This document shows positions 35,835 through 46,124 of a stretch of 64,000 nucleotides of DNA, piece after piece. The stretch's first letter is position 1. The number at the start of each line of letters is the position of its first letter. Source of the DNA: Candidatus Woesebacteria bacterium. GTDB lineage: Bacteria; Patescibacteriota; Microgenomatia; UBA8517. Location: NCBI GenBank assembly GCA_963716475.1, contig OY970314.1:854508-918507 (forward strand), in the 5' to 3' direction. The position numbers were made by a program, and so were the translations under genes. The notes below the pieces were generated by a model. That model saw only the letters and a list, made by a program, of their open reading frames with translations. It was not told the DNA's origin and did no database searches.

Positions 35835-37325
35835 ATGACCCTTTTGCCAATAATCCTCGCGGCCAGTCCATTTATTCTGTTTTTCATACTTCTTCTTTGG
35901 AGGAAAACTCCGCTTATCTGGGTTTCAGTTGCTACCTTAGTTCTGGTAGTTATTTTGGCTACCTCGTATTGGCAAGTTTATCCTGAATATATTTTTGGAT
36001 CTGTTGCAAAGGGTTTTTTTGTGGCTGTCGATATTCTGTTTATTATTTTCGGAGCGATCTTTTTTTTGGAAGTTATGCGGGAAACGAAAATTATCGAAAA
36101 TATCGGTTATCACCTGGAATCAATTTCAAAAGATCTTCGGGTACAGGTGATATTTCTGGCCTGGTTTTTTGAGAATTTTTTGGAAGGTACAGCCGGGTTC
36201 GGGACTCCCTCCACCGTTGTTGCTCCTCTCCTGGTTGGTCTTGGAATTCCCCCTGTAAATTCGGTTATAATTGCGCTTTTGGGTAACAGCGCCTCTGTGG
36301 TTTTTGGTGCCGCGGGAACCCCTATTAAAGTTGGCTTTGGTGTCCTTGCCGGAGCCTCGGTTCCCCTTACTTCGGCATTAATTAATTCGATCGGAATATT
36401 AGTTCCGGTCTTTATGCTGTGGTTTTTGACAAAGAACAAAGAAAACAGCAGAAAGGAATTTATTGAGGCGCTTCCTTTTGCCGTCTGGGCGGGGATCGCC
36501 TTTGCAATTCCTTCTATATTAACCGTTTTTTTGGGTCAGGAATTTCCTTCGATTTTGGGAGCCGTAATCGGTCTTGGGGTGGTGCTTCTTACCACAAAAC
36601 TTGGTCTTTTTGTGCCCAAAAAGGAAGGTAATTTAACAGACGGGATAACCATTCCTACACTTCCGCTTGGCAAAGTCATTTTTCCATACGCCTTATTAAT
36701 TCTCCTCCTTATTTTAGGTAAATTTGTAATCGGATCGGCAGGTCTTGCAATACCTCTTGTTGTAAAACATACCTTCGCATTTTTTAATCCCGGCTTTGCT
36801 TTTATTTTGGCGGGAATTATTACCGTAGTATTTTTCGGAATTTCTACTAAGACTTTTATCATGTCATTTAAAATTGCCCTAAAAAGGTCAATCGAGCCGT
36901 TTTTGGTAATAGTGTGTATGTCCTCAATTGCGCAGATAATGGTTAATTCGGTCAATAATCCAAACGCTCTTCCGTCGATGATCGACTTTTTGGCAGTTCA
37001 TGTTAAAAACACTCTTCTTCCTCTCTGGGCACCGATTGTCGGGGCTTTCGGAAGTTTTCTTACAGGGAGTGCTACAGTTTCTAATTTGATGTTTGGGAAC
37101 TTTTTGGCTGCAGCGGCGAGGGATTTGGGCTTTAGCGTAGACAAAATTTTGGCACTGGCTCTTGTTGGGGGAGCAGCGGGAAATATGATTGCACTTGCCG
37201 ATATAATTGCGGCAGAAGCGGTGGTAGGACTAAAAAATGAGGAGAGAAAGGTGTTAAAAGGGGTAATTGTTCCTTGTGCGATTTATATTTTATTGATAGG
37301 CGTTACCGGTTTACTTCTTGTATAG
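35835..37325 (+). CDS. L-lactate permease
   Basis: FLEGTAGFGTP, FGAAGTP, GSATVSNLMFG. Confidence 0.88.
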   Translation: MTLLPIILAASPFILFFILLLWRKTPLIWVSVATLVLVVILATSYWQVYPEYIFGSVAKGFFVAVDILFIIFGAIFFLEVMRETKIIENIGYHLESISKDLRVQVIFLAWFFENFLEGTAGFGTPSTVVAPLLVGLGIPPVNSVIIALLGNSASVVFGAAGTPIKVGFGVLAGASVPLTSALINSIGILVPVFMLWFLTKNKENSRKEFIEALPFAVWAGIAFAIPSILTVFLGQEFPSILGAVIGLGVVLLTTKLGLFVPKKEGNLTDGITIPTLPLGKVIFPYALLILLLILGKFVIGSAGLAIPLVVKHTFAFFNPGFAFILAGIITVVFFGISTKTFIMSFKIALKRSIEPFLVIVCMSSIAQIMVNSVNNPNALPSMIDFLAVHVKNTLLPLWAPIVGAFGSFLTGSATVSNLMFGNFLAAAARDLGFSVDKILALALVGGAAGNMIALADIIAAEAVVGLKNEERKVLKGVIVPCAIYILLIGVTGLLLV

Positions 37326-38399
37326 GTAAAAGAAGTCTTTGCTGTAGCCTCCAAGATAGGCTTTCGATCCGTCTTTGAGATCTTTGGTTAGTGTTGAGGT
37401 TTTATATCCGCCGGCCCCATTTGGTTCAAAAATATTAAACCTTACCCAAAACGGATTAATATCGAGTTGAATTGCATTAACAGCACCCGCCATTTTGAGA
37501 GCTTCGGCAAGACTTGCAGGAGAGAGATTGTTTCCGACTGCATAAATCAGATTTCCCTCACGGGTTAATCCTATTCCGCTTCTCCATGTAAAAATATCTG
37601 CATTAAAAGTTCTACCCCAAAGTTTTTTGTTATTTTCGTTTACGGCAAATACTTCCCCGTTTTCTACCAGAATCGGACAGTTTTGCCGAACAAAAGCTAC
37701 GTTTTTTCCTAAATCCTGACCCGTATAATTAATAATTTTAAGAGATCCGTCTTTATATCCCACCAAAGTCCCAACGTTTTGTTGCAGCGGTAGATAAGTT
37801 TTACCGTCGACTATCATGCCATAGTTTCCGTCCCTGTATTGGAAGCCTCCGTCAAATGCGGCCACTAGTTTTCCACTTTGAACAATATCTTGTGGAATAA
37901 CTCCAGGTCCGAAGTTTCCGACCGGGCCTCCGGGTTGTTTTGTTCCGGCAACGGCTGCAAGATTCATTTTTCTCATATCCATCTGTGCGAGGGTTACATA
38001 TGCGAAAGGCCGTGTGGAATCCGGGCGGACGAATGTATAAGCCATTACCATTTCTCCGGGGAAAGGTGTCAAAGGCCGGTTGATCCAAACACCTTCACCA
38101 GGGACCTTTGGTAGATCGTTTGTGATGGGAATCGGTGCCATTGAACTTTGGATACCCTGATTCAAAAATTGCGGAATATTTCCGGCACCTGTATGATCCG
38201 TAATCTGTTGAATTTTATCTGCTGTATTAAAGTAGATTTTTTCTAAAAATCCCACAAAAGTATTTCCCAAGAGGGGACGGAGGTAATTGTCTGTAAATAA
38301 GGCAGCAGCAGGAGTGTCAATTTTTATGAATACAACTCCACCCAAGAGAAGCAATAGAAAGGTGATAACCGCAATTTTTAATGATCTGCGTTTTTTCAT
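37311..38399 (-). CDS. Phosphodiester glycosidase family protein
   Basis: AAFDGGF, WRSGIG, AIQLDIN; N-terminal TM helix. Confidence 0.75.
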   Translation of the reverse strand: MKKRRSLKIAVITFLLLLLGGVVFIKIDTPAAALFTDNYLRPLLGNTFVGFLEKIYFNTADKIQQITDHTGAGNIPQFLNQGIQSSMAPIPITNDLPKVPGEGVWINRPLTPFPGEMVMAYTFVRPDSTRPFAYVTLAQMDMRKMNLAAVAGTKQPGGPVGNFGPGVIPQDIVQSGKLVAAFDGGFQYRDGNYGMIVDGKTYLPLQQNVGTLVGYKDGSLKIINYTGQDLGKNVAFVRQNCPILVENGEVFAVNENNKKLWGRTFNADIFTWRSGIGLTREGNLIYAVGNNLSPASLAEALKMAGAVNAIQLDINPFWVRFNIFEPNGAGGYKTSTLTKDLKDGSKAYLGGYSKDFFYLYKK

Positions 38400-38489
38400 T
38401 GTATTCATTCTAATACAATTTAATATCACAATACCTCCTTAAATACGGCTGAAAAATAGTGAAGAAAAGAAATGAGAAAAAAGGATAAT

Positions 38490-38963
38490 TTACGGTTTGG
38501 CCAGGTGCCAAATTCCGCCGACCCCGTCACCGTTAAGATCTCCTACCAGAGTATCCCCTGTATAGTAATAAAGAGGCATGCCTTTATAGGTGAATTGGAT
38601 GGATCCGTCCGACTTGGTGATTGTTGCGATCCCCGTAGGCAGAGTCGCCGGTACCGACGCGGTTACGTAAGGAGGCCAGAGTCCTGCACACGATCCGGAA
38701 CAATTACTGACTCCAGTCGTATCCTTGTCGAAGATGTAAAGCGTCATTCCGCTGGCTCCGGTAAGATAGTTACCTTTTGCCCCGGACTGAGTTGTTATTA
38801 TACTGCTCCCGGCTCTGGGTGTGGTTACCGGGGTAGCGCTGGTGTAGGTCGGCGCCGAGCTTGTTCCGTAGTTCCCAGAATACAATCCGGCCTTCTTCAA
38901 ACCCATGTAGCCAAGAACCAACACGATAACTATTACCGCTACCCAAATCCAAGTTTTTTTCAT
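38490..38963 (-). CDS. Secreted repeat protein (COG4315-like)
   Basis: GMTLYIFDKD, CSGSCAGLWPP, YKGMPLYYYTGD, GDGVGGIW. Confidence 0.88.
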   Translation of the reverse strand: MKKTWIWVAVIVIVLVLGYMGLKKAGLYSGNYGTSSAPTYTSATPVTTPRAGSSIITTQSGAKGNYLTGASGMTLYIFDKDTTGVSNCSGSCAGLWPPYVTASVPATLPTGIATITKSDGSIQFTYKGMPLYYYTGDTLVGDLNGDGVGGIWHLAKP

Positions 38964-39075
38964 TTTTTTACAAAGTCTTAAGTCTTGAATCGTTACTCAA
39001 ATCTTAAGTCTTAGGTATTATCACATTAATTTCTGTGATTAAACTGAGAAATAAAGGGGAAAATTGAGGTATTGA

Positions 39076-39627
39076 CTACTTTTTATAAACCAGAGCGAGC
39101 CTTTTACCTTGAAGGAGCCTCTTGACGAATTCATATCCGCCGAAAAATGCTCCGGAGTAGAAGAGATCCCCCAGAAGAGTGTTTCTGAAGAACGGAATTG
39201 CATATAAATAAGACTCAAAAATACCGGAAATGTTTTTCGGATACATATTTGTAAATGCCCAGACCGCAAAGTTGGTTATTACAAAGAAAAGCACGGAAGA
39301 GAGAATCGAGGCCAGAATGATGTTTTTTGGACTTTTGTGGTTCTTGATCCAGAATCCGATAAGGATGGCTAAAAGAAAACTTCCGTAAACGCTGAGTCTC
39401 ATCGGGATTGAATCAAACCCTATAAAGAAGTCGGAGAGGATCATTGCTGCAATAGGCAAGGTCAAAGCCTGTCTTTTATTTAGATAAACACCCCCGAAAA
39501 GTGCCATGGCGGTGATTGGGGTAAAATTTGCGGGATGGGGAATCAGCCGAGACAATGCCCCGATAACAATAAAGCCTGCCGGTTGGGCAAGTTTAGTAAT
39601 TACTGATTTTCCATTGAATTTCATCAT
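39076..39627 (-). CDS. DUF6580-like membrane transporter (ECF S-component-like, probable cobalamin)
   Basis: RLIPHPANFTPITAMALFGG, FFVITNFAVW, AIPFFRNTLLGDLFY. Confidence 0.82.
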   Translation of the reverse strand: MMKFNGKSVITKLAQPAGFIVIGALSRLIPHPANFTPITAMALFGGVYLNKRQALTLPIAAMILSDFFIGFDSIPMRLSVYGSFLLAILIGFWIKNHKSPKNIILASILSSVLFFVITNFAVWAFTNMYPKNISGIFESYLYAIPFFRNTLLGDLFYSGAFFGGYEFVKRLLQGKRLALVYKK

Positions 39628-39997
39628 TGTTTTGTATTATATAACTTCCCGCACCCACTTGGGCCTCAGATCCGTTAACATCTAGTTCCCAAAACTCGTG
39701 CTTTGTAGCGTCCGCTTCACGCCCGTTTATGGATACTATGTAGGCATTCGTTCCTGTTCCGTTTGTGATCACTTTCGCCTCGGATTCTGTTGCTTCGAGC
39801 GCGGACTTGCCCACGAAACCCGATATGTCAAAAGACTGTGGGTTTACATCATTGATTTTTAGGATGGCGGAGACTTTTTGAGCAGCTTTCTCACCTTGAG
39901 TCTTGGCAGCGGGACCGCTTACACTAGTCCGCCAAATGATAAATCCGAGGGTAAAAATTACGACTACTGGAAGAATTAATTTTAAATATTTTTTCAT
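39593..39997 (-). CDS. DUF4430 (transcobalamin C-terminal-like) protein
   Basis: YIVSING, FWELDVNG, VGAGSY, DEIQW. Confidence 0.85.
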   Translation of the reverse strand: MKKYLKLILPVVVIFTLGFIIWRTSVSGPAAKTQGEKAAQKVSAILKINDVNPQSFDISGFVGKSALEATESEAKVITNGTGTNAYIVSINGREADATKHEFWELDVNGSEAQVGAGSYIIQNNDEIQWKISNY

Positions 39998-40013
39998 ATT
40001 CCTGCTCGGGTTT

Positions 40014-40080
40014 TAGGTTGGGTTCCGGGTTTACGGTAGCGGCACTCCCACGGAAACTCTCCGTGATTCACCAATAACAA
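40014..40080 (-). promoter_or_regulatory. Compact cobalamin riboswitch (class II / AdoCbl-variant-like)
   Basis: GGTGAAT-CACGG-AGAGTTT-CCGTG-GGAGT-GCCGCTACCGTAA-ACCCGG resembles the Cbl core; lies upstream of DUF4430. Confidence 0.65.
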
Positions 40081-40130
40081 GTAATTTACTTTCAAACATC
40101 ATACTGGTCAAGTGGTAATATTAATGGGGG

Positions 40131-40319
40131 GTGAGTAAATTGAAAATAGACAAGAAAAATAAGGCGAATATTTCGAAATATCTAATCTATGGCGCAGTTC
40201 TGGCGGTACTTCTTTCGGTTACGGGTTGGCTGGGCGCAGATATCTGGCTGGCCTCAACTCAGTGGCTTTTGGTGGCTGCAGTGCTAACGCTTTTTGGAAT
40301 ATACCTTAAGTTAAGTTGA
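40131..40319 (+). CDS. Small membrane protein
   Basis: Two TM helices, WLASTQWLLVA. Confidence 0.65.
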   Translation: MSKLKIDKKNKANISKYLIYGAVLAVLLSVTGWLGADIWLASTQWLLVAAVLTLFGIYLKLS

Positions 40320-40409
40320 ACCCGGCGGGAATAATGCGGTTAATCTGCGTTAATTGAAATTGGTGAAAAACTTGACATTCTTGTCTTCGGGTGCTATTTT
40401 TCGCTCAGA

Positions 40410-40847
40410 ATGAGGGGAAGGAACATTTTTTTTGCATTTATAGTTATTATAGCCATCGTTGCCGGGGTTTTCGTCATTAGAAATCGTACGAATATCGTCC
40501 AAAAAGTGAGTTCTTCACCCACCCCAAGTATTCAGCAACAAATACAGAATAAATTTAACGGTTTGGTTATTCCAGCGGATCAGGAGAAGGTTGAGCTTAA
40601 AGACGTTTCCGGCGGAAGCGGGATGGGACTTGCTACAAGAAACGAGATTTTGGCAGATTTACCAAGTTTGCCAAGCGGGCAGTCCTATCAAGGCTGGCTG
40701 GAAAATAACGGAAAGACCGTTTTACTTGGGACCTTGAAAATGGCAAAAGGCGGATGGATTCTGAACTATAATTCTTCAATGTACCCCGGTTACAATAAGG
40801 TAATCGTTGCGGTGGGGACAAAACATATTCTTGAGGGCTCTTTCTAA
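40410..40847 (+). CDS. Membrane-anchored hypothetical protein (anti-sigma C-terminal-like)
   Basis: ADLP, YQGWL, HILEGSF; TTGACA promoter upstream. Confidence 0.7.
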   Translation: MRGRNIFFAFIVIIAIVAGVFVIRNRTNIVQKVSSSPTPSIQQQIQNKFNGLVIPADQEKVELKDVSGGSGMGLATRNEILADLPSLPSGQSYQGWLENNGKTVLLGTLKMAKGGWILNYNSSMYPGYNKVIVAVGTKHILEGSF

Positions 40848-40919
40848 TACTTCTTGTATCCCGCGAGTTGCGAGATTTTGGAATAGCTTCTAGAATAGAT
40901 TAGTGCAAAGTGTTTACGT

Positions 40920-41174
40920 ATGACGATAGTAATTTATTCCACCACAACCTGTCCTTATTGCAAGATGCTTAAGGATTATTTAAAAGAAAAAAAACTGACG
41001 TTTACGGAAAAGCTGGTTGATTTGGACGAAACGGCGAAAACGGAGATGGCAGCTTCATCGGGAGGATTCTTGGGAGTACCTTTTATTTCAATTGTGAAGG
41101 ACGATGGGACAAAAGAAACAGTTGTAGGGTTTGACAAAGGGAAAATCGGTACGATTTTAGGCATACAGGAATGA
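40920..41174 (+). CDS. Glutaredoxin-like protein
   Basis: CPYC, GVP, VGFD. Confidence 0.9.
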   Translation: MTIVIYSTTTCPYCKMLKDYLKEKKLTFTEKLVDLDETAKTEMAASSGGFLGVPFISIVKDDGTKETVVGFDKGKIGTILGIQE

Positions 41175-41830
41175 TATTTGTTAATTACAAAACTTTTGAG
41201 GAAAGTTCCGGACCAAAAGCTCTCACCTTAACCAGAGTTCTTGAGGAAGTGGCGCACGAGAGTCAGGTAAAAATTATTCCGGTTGTTCAAATAATTGATG
41301 CGGAAAGCATTATTTCGGGAACGACGCTCGAAGTTTGGATTCAGCACGTTGATCCAATCAATTACGGAGCCCACACGGGTTGGACATTGCCCGAAGAGGC
41401 TGTAAGAATTGGGGTTTCCGGAGTTTTTTTAAACCACTCAGAACACAAATTTGACAATTTTGATGCGCTTTATACCGCCAACGAAAAAGCCATGTTGGTA
41501 AACCTTAAAACCCTGATTTTCGCAGGGAGTTTGGACGAATTGAAAAAAGTATCCGAATTGGCCCCTACCTATGTTGCCTATGAACCGGCAGAGCTTGTCG
41601 GAAGTACGACAACTTCCGTGGCCGAGGCTCAGCCGGATATTATTTCGCAAGCCACGGAAATAGCCAAAAGCGCGGGGTTGCCGCTCATTGTCGGAGCAGG
41701 AATTCACAACCTTAGCGATGTGAAGAAAAGCTTGGAACTTGGAGCGGTGGGAGTCGCCGTGGCGACAGATGTTGTAAAGGCGGTAGATCCCAAAAAGGAA
41801 CTTTTGGAGTTAACGGAGGGGTTTAAATAA
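41171..41830 (+). CDS. tpiA: Triosephosphate isomerase, archaeal type
   Basis: VNYKT, QHVD, LNHSEH, AYEPAELVG, GAGI. Confidence 0.92.
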   Translation: MIFVNYKTFEESSGPKALTLTRVLEEVAHESQVKIIPVVQIIDAESIISGTTLEVWIQHVDPINYGAHTGWTLPEEAVRIGVSGVFLNHSEHKFDNFDALYTANEKAMLVNLKTLIFAGSLDELKKVSELAPTYVAYEPAELVGSTTTSVAEAQPDIISQATEIAKSAGLPLIVGAGIHNLSDVKKSLELGAVGVAVATDVVKAVDPKKELLELTEGFK

Positions 41831-41833
41831 TAT

Positions 41834-42283
41834 ATGAAAATATTTATCGGAGCGGACCATAGAGGATATGAGTTAAAAGAAAAGATTGCCCAGTGGCTTT
41901 TTGATATGGAATATGCATATCGGGATCTGGGTGCGCTGACACTTGAGCCCCACGATGATTATACAAAGTATGCAGAAGCAGTAGCGTCCCAAGTTGCCAA
42001 AACAGAGGGATCAAGCGGAGTGCTTCTTTGTGGTAGCGGGGTTGGAGTAGAAGTGGTTGCAAATAAGTATGATGGCATCAGAGCTTCAATAGGGAAAGAT
42101 GTTTTACAGGTCAAAGCGGGCCGCAGTCATGATGATATGAATGTTTTGGTTATTGCCGCGGATTTTACAAGCGAAAAAGAAGCTAAAGCAATGCTTATCG
42201 CTTTTTTGGAAACAAAGTTTTCGGAAAAAGTCAGGTACGAAAGAAGACTTCACGAGATAGAGAAAATTGAGGCAAAAAACTAA
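41834..42283 (+). CDS. rpiB: Ribose-5-phosphate isomerase B
   Basis: GADHRG, CGSGVG, ANK, RYERR. Confidence 0.9.
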   Translation: MKIFIGADHRGYELKEKIAQWLFDMEYAYRDLGALTLEPHDDYTKYAEAVASQVAKTEGSSGVLLCGSGVGVEVVANKYDGIRASIGKDVLQVKAGRSHDDMNVLVIAADFTSEKEAKAMLIAFLETKFSEKVRYERRLHEIEKIEAKN

Positions 42284-42285
42284 AT

Positions 42286-43248
42286 ATGGATCTGCCTAAT
42301 CTTGCCGATTCGGATATTGCCGGGAAAAGGGTGCTTCTGAGGCTTGATTTGGATACCAATCCCGATCCGAATGATTTAAGGATCAAAGCTTCGGAAGAAA
42401 CTTTAAATTATCTAAAAGAAAAAGGAGTACAGATAATTGTCATTGCACACAAGGGGCGTCCTGATGGAAAGGTCGACGAAGGTTTAAGTTTGAAACCGTT
42501 TCAACGGATTTTTGACAGATGGAGTGCGGAGGTCAAAGAGAACTTGAGATTTAACCCGGGTGAGGAAGCAAACGACGAGGCCTTTACTAAAGAAATAGCC
42601 TCCTGGGGAGACTTTTATGTAAACGAAGCATTTGCGTCTTCCCACCGCGAACACGCATCAATTGTCGGGCTCCCTAAACTTCTACCTCACGCTGCCGGAT
42701 TTAGATTTGAAAAAGAGGTGGAGAATTTATCAAAAGTATTTTCGGAACCAAAAAAACCTGTCGTCTTTCTCCTGAGCGGAGTTAAGCCGGATAAACTGAA
42801 TTATTTGGGGGGAATTAAAAATATAGCGGATAAAATTTTAATTGGCGGCCATCTTCCCGACTATATGGGTGATGAAAAATTGGTTAGTGTCCGCTCAAGA
42901 GGGGAAGATGAGCAGGTAATTGTTGGAAATCTTACTATGGACAAAGAAGATATTACTTTAAATACAATTGAAAGATTCGAAAAAGAAATTGAAAAATCAA
43001 AAACCATCGTTGTTTCGGGGCCTCTCGGAAAATATGAAGATGAAGGCCACCGTCAGGGGACAGAACGCGTATTTAAAGCTGTTTCTGCCTCCTCAGCGTT
43101 TAAAGTTGCGGGTGGAGGAGACACAGAAGCTGCTCTGGCACTACTAAATCTGTCAAATGGTTTTGACTGGGTTTCGGTTGGAGGAGGGGCCATGCTTGAG
43201 TTTTTGACCAAAGAGACGCTTCCCGGGATTAGGGCTTTAAAAGCGTAA
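42286..43248 (+). CDS. pgk: Phosphoglycerate kinase (compact, 320 aa)
   Basis: HKGRP, ENLRF, NEAFASSHREHAS, GPLGKYE, GGGDT, SVGGGAMLEFL. Confidence 0.92.
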   Translation: MDLPNLADSDIAGKRVLLRLDLDTNPDPNDLRIKASEETLNYLKEKGVQIIVIAHKGRPDGKVDEGLSLKPFQRIFDRWSAEVKENLRFNPGEEANDEAFTKEIASWGDFYVNEAFASSHREHASIVGLPKLLPHAAGFRFEKEVENLSKVFSEPKKPVVFLLSGVKPDKLNYLGGIKNIADKILIGGHLPDYMGDEKLVSVRSRGEDEQVIVGNLTMDKEDITLNTIERFEKEIEKSKTIVVSGPLGKYEDEGHRQGTERVFKAVSASSAFKVAGGGDTEAALALLNLSNGFDWVSVGGGAMLEFLTKETLPGIRALKA

Positions 43249-44317
43249 GTAGTTTTTCTTCTGACCCTTTACAATAATCAGCTAAACTTTCCAATTTTTT
43301 GTTGAATTTGGTTAAAACTTTTGGGTTTTCTATAATTTTCTTCAGCTTTTGTGTGGCACGCCCGGGGTTTTCCTCTACATAACCAATTCCGTATCTTTTA
43401 ATAATATCCAGGTTCCCGTCTTCCTGGCCCGAGACGTGGGAAATCGCAAAAAATGGGGTTAGGGTAGCAACAGACTGGAACATGGTGTTTGGTCCAGCCT
43501 TGCCAACAACTAAATCCGAGGCCCTTAGGTAAAGCTGCATAGCATCGGTATAGGCAACACCTGTTATTTTTGGTCCATGGATTTTTTCCGAAAAGCCTTT
43601 TAGAGTTTTTACTATTTTGAACATATCTGAGTTATTGCCGCAAAGAATAACTACCTGCATTTTGTTCTTCGGATTTAATAGGGTGCTTAATATTTTGAAG
43701 ATATGAAAAGTTCCCTCACTCCCACTGACCACGCACAAGGTAAAGATGTTCGGATTTAGGCCCAACCCTTTCCTTAATGATTTTCTGTCAGTGTCTTTTA
43801 CCTTGTGATATTTCTTCTCTATAAACCAGCCCACCGAAAGACTTTTTGCCATGGGGGCGAGGGACTTCAGCTTCAGTAGAGAATACTTATCAAATGTCAG
43901 GTTTTCGCCGCTCTCCGAAATCAGGACTTTGCTGAAAGTCCAGGGATCGGCAAGAATATTAATTAATCTAAAATTGTATTTTGCCTGAAGAGACTCAAGT
44001 GAGGAATCAAAGGCGAAATATACATTAATTACGATATCCGGATTCATCCTTTTGATTGGCATCTCGAGCTTGCCCTTATAATCTTTTTCAACATAAGAAT
44101 TAAAGATTTGTCTAAAGAGCTTAAATTGTGAAAGGAAAAAGATAAGTTTGAAAAATTCGGGGAAGAATTTATACACCAAGTGGTAGGAAATTTTGGAGAA
44201 TTTCTCTACTTCAATGTGCTCCAGTTCAACCTGATGATAATCCTTCAATATTTCTTCAACCGCATTGGCAATACTTTTGTGGCCCCAGCGGGTAGAGATG
44301 ATCAAAATTTTTGACAT
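43229..44317 (-). CDS. MGDG synthase/UgtP-like glycosyltransferase
   Basis: GHKSIANA, CGNN, DLVVGKAGPNT, GQEDGN. Confidence 0.85.
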   Translation of the reverse strand: MSKILIISTRWGHKSIANAVEEILKDYHQVELEHIEVEKFSKISYHLVYKFFPEFFKLIFFLSQFKLFRQIFNSYVEKDYKGKLEMPIKRMNPDIVINVYFAFDSSLESLQAKYNFRLINILADPWTFSKVLISESGENLTFDKYSLLKLKSLAPMAKSLSVGWFIEKKYHKVKDTDRKSLRKGLGLNPNIFTLCVVSGSEGTFHIFKILSTLLNPKNKMQVVILCGNNSDMFKIVKTLKGFSEKIHGPKITGVAYTDAMQLYLRASDLVVGKAGPNTMFQSVATLTPFFAISHVSGQEDGNLDIIKRYGIGYVEENPGRATQKLKKIIENPKVLTKFNKKLESLADYCKGSEEKLLTLLKP

Positions 44318-44370
44318 TTACGGTCTTAACCTTCTTTGAATTAGATTATATACTTAAAGAACTTGCTGCC

Positions 44371-45480
44371 ATGGTTAAAGTAGGAATAAATGGATTTGGA
44401 AGAATTGGAAGGATTGCTTTCAGGATTGGGGTTTTGAAGCACTCTGATGAACTTCAATTTTGCGCTATCAATACTTCAGGAAGCATGGATACGGCCGGCT
44501 GGGCACAATTGACAAATTACGATACGACGTATCGGAAATTTGAGTGCTTAGTTCAAAGTACGGAAACGCAGAGTCTGGATAAAATTACAGATGAAAATCC
44601 GCAGATAGGGGAGCTAATGATTTCCGAAAGGAACATTAGAGTCCCGGTTTTAGCGCAGAAGGATCCGGCGAAAATTCCCTGGGGAAAATACGGAGTTGAT
44701 GTAGTGATTGAGGCCACGGGTCGTTTCACCGACGAGGAAGGGGCAAAAAAGCACGCCGTCGGGGGAGCGAAAAGAGTTGTAATTTCGGCACCGGCTAAAG
44801 GGGGGAATGTTGGGACGTTCGTAATTGGTGTCAACGAAATTAAAGACAGCCCTGAGGTTATTTCAAATGCCTCCTGTACCACAAACTGTATTGCACCGGT
44901 TGCTGCAGTGATCCAGTCCAAATTCGGAATTGAAAAGGCAATGATGACAACGGTTCATTCTTATACCGACGACCAGAATTTGCAGGACGGTTCCCATAAA
45001 GACTTAAGAAGAGCCCGGGCGGCGGCGATGAATATTGTTCCGACTTCAACCGGGGCCGCGATAGCAACAACAGAAACCATACCGGCTCTTAAAGGAATAT
45101 TCGACGGAATGGCTTTAAGGGTTCCTGTGGCAACGGGTTCTATTACTGACTTTACCTTTATTCTAAAGAATAGTGTAACCAAAGAAGAAATAAATCAGGC
45201 ATTTATTGATGCTACGCAAAACCCCTTATACAAGGGTATATTAGCTGTATCTGAGCAAGATTTAGTGTCAAGTGACATAATCGGTAGAAGCGAATCTTCT
45301 ATAGTCGATTTACAGTTAACGCAAGTCGTTGCGGGAAATATGGTTAAGATTTTTGCATGGTATGACAATGAATGGGGATACGCCAATCGGCTGGTAGAAC
45401 AAGTAATCAGGGTTGGTCGAAATCTGACACAAACTAATGTGCCAACGGATCCAATAACGCTTTCATTTAAAACCCGATAA
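44371..45480 (+). CDS. gap: Glyceraldehyde-3-phosphate dehydrogenase
   Basis: GINGFGRIGR, SNASCTTNC, WYDNEWGY. Confidence 0.97.
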   Translation: MVKVGINGFGRIGRIAFRIGVLKHSDELQFCAINTSGSMDTAGWAQLTNYDTTYRKFECLVQSTETQSLDKITDENPQIGELMISERNIRVPVLAQKDPAKIPWGKYGVDVVIEATGRFTDEEGAKKHAVGGAKRVVISAPAKGGNVGTFVIGVNEIKDSPEVISNASCTTNCIAPVAAVIQSKFGIEKAMMTTVHSYTDDQNLQDGSHKDLRRARAAAMNIVPTSTGAAIATTETIPALKGIFDGMALRVPVATGSITDFTFILKNSVTKEEINQAFIDATQNPLYKGILAVSEQDLVSSDIIGRSESSIVDLQLTQVVAGNMVKIFAWYDNEWGYANRLVEQVIRVGRNLTQTNVPTDPITLSFKTR

Positions 45481-46124
45481 TGGACGAAAAAAGTAAATAT
45501 GCCGGTAGGCAGTGCGTAAAAAACATCGCTTTTTTTGGTGACGCTGATATTTCGGAAACGGACGAAACCTATAAGGCCGCTTTTGACGTAGCTGAAGCTT
45601 TGGCAAAATCTGGTTACGTAATTGTAGATGGAGGAGGCCCCGGGGTAATGGAGGCTGCAACGAGCGGGGCAGAAAAAGGCGGAGGGAAAACAATAAGTGT
45701 TACTTTTGATCCGGTAAACGCTCCCGGGTATGAGGGGAAATACATTGGCAATGTTACCGATACGGAGGTTGTCACAACCAATTATCTCGACAGAATGTTT
45801 AAATTGATGGAATATGGAGACGTATTTATAATTTTTAAGGGGGGATCGGGCACAATTAGCGAATTCGGCGCTGCGTGGGTACTTGCCAAGCTTTACTACG
45901 GACATCATAAACCTTTTATTCTTTACGGGGATTTTTGGGCTGAAATTATTGATGTTTTCAGGCGTGATATGAATATAGACTCCAAAGAGTACAGTGTTTT
46001 TGAAATTTGTAGAAATAAAGAAGAAGTATTACGGACTATCCAAAAATTTGAATTAAAAATTGCCACTCGGGATCACACAAAGGATGCTGACGGGGATAAA
46101 TATGACAAAGCTTTCACCAAGTGA
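45480..46124 (+). CDS. LOG family protein
   Basis: GGGPGVMEA, GGSGTISE. Confidence 0.88.
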   Translation: MDEKSKYAGRQCVKNIAFFGDADISETDETYKAAFDVAEALAKSGYVIVDGGGPGVMEAATSGAEKGGGKTISVTFDPVNAPGYEGKYIGNVTDTEVVTTNYLDRMFKLMEYGDVFIIFKGGSGTISEFGAAWVLAKLYYGHHKPFILYGDFWAEIIDVFRRDMNIDSKEYSVFEICRNKEEVLRTIQKFELKIATRDHTKDADGDKYDKAFTK

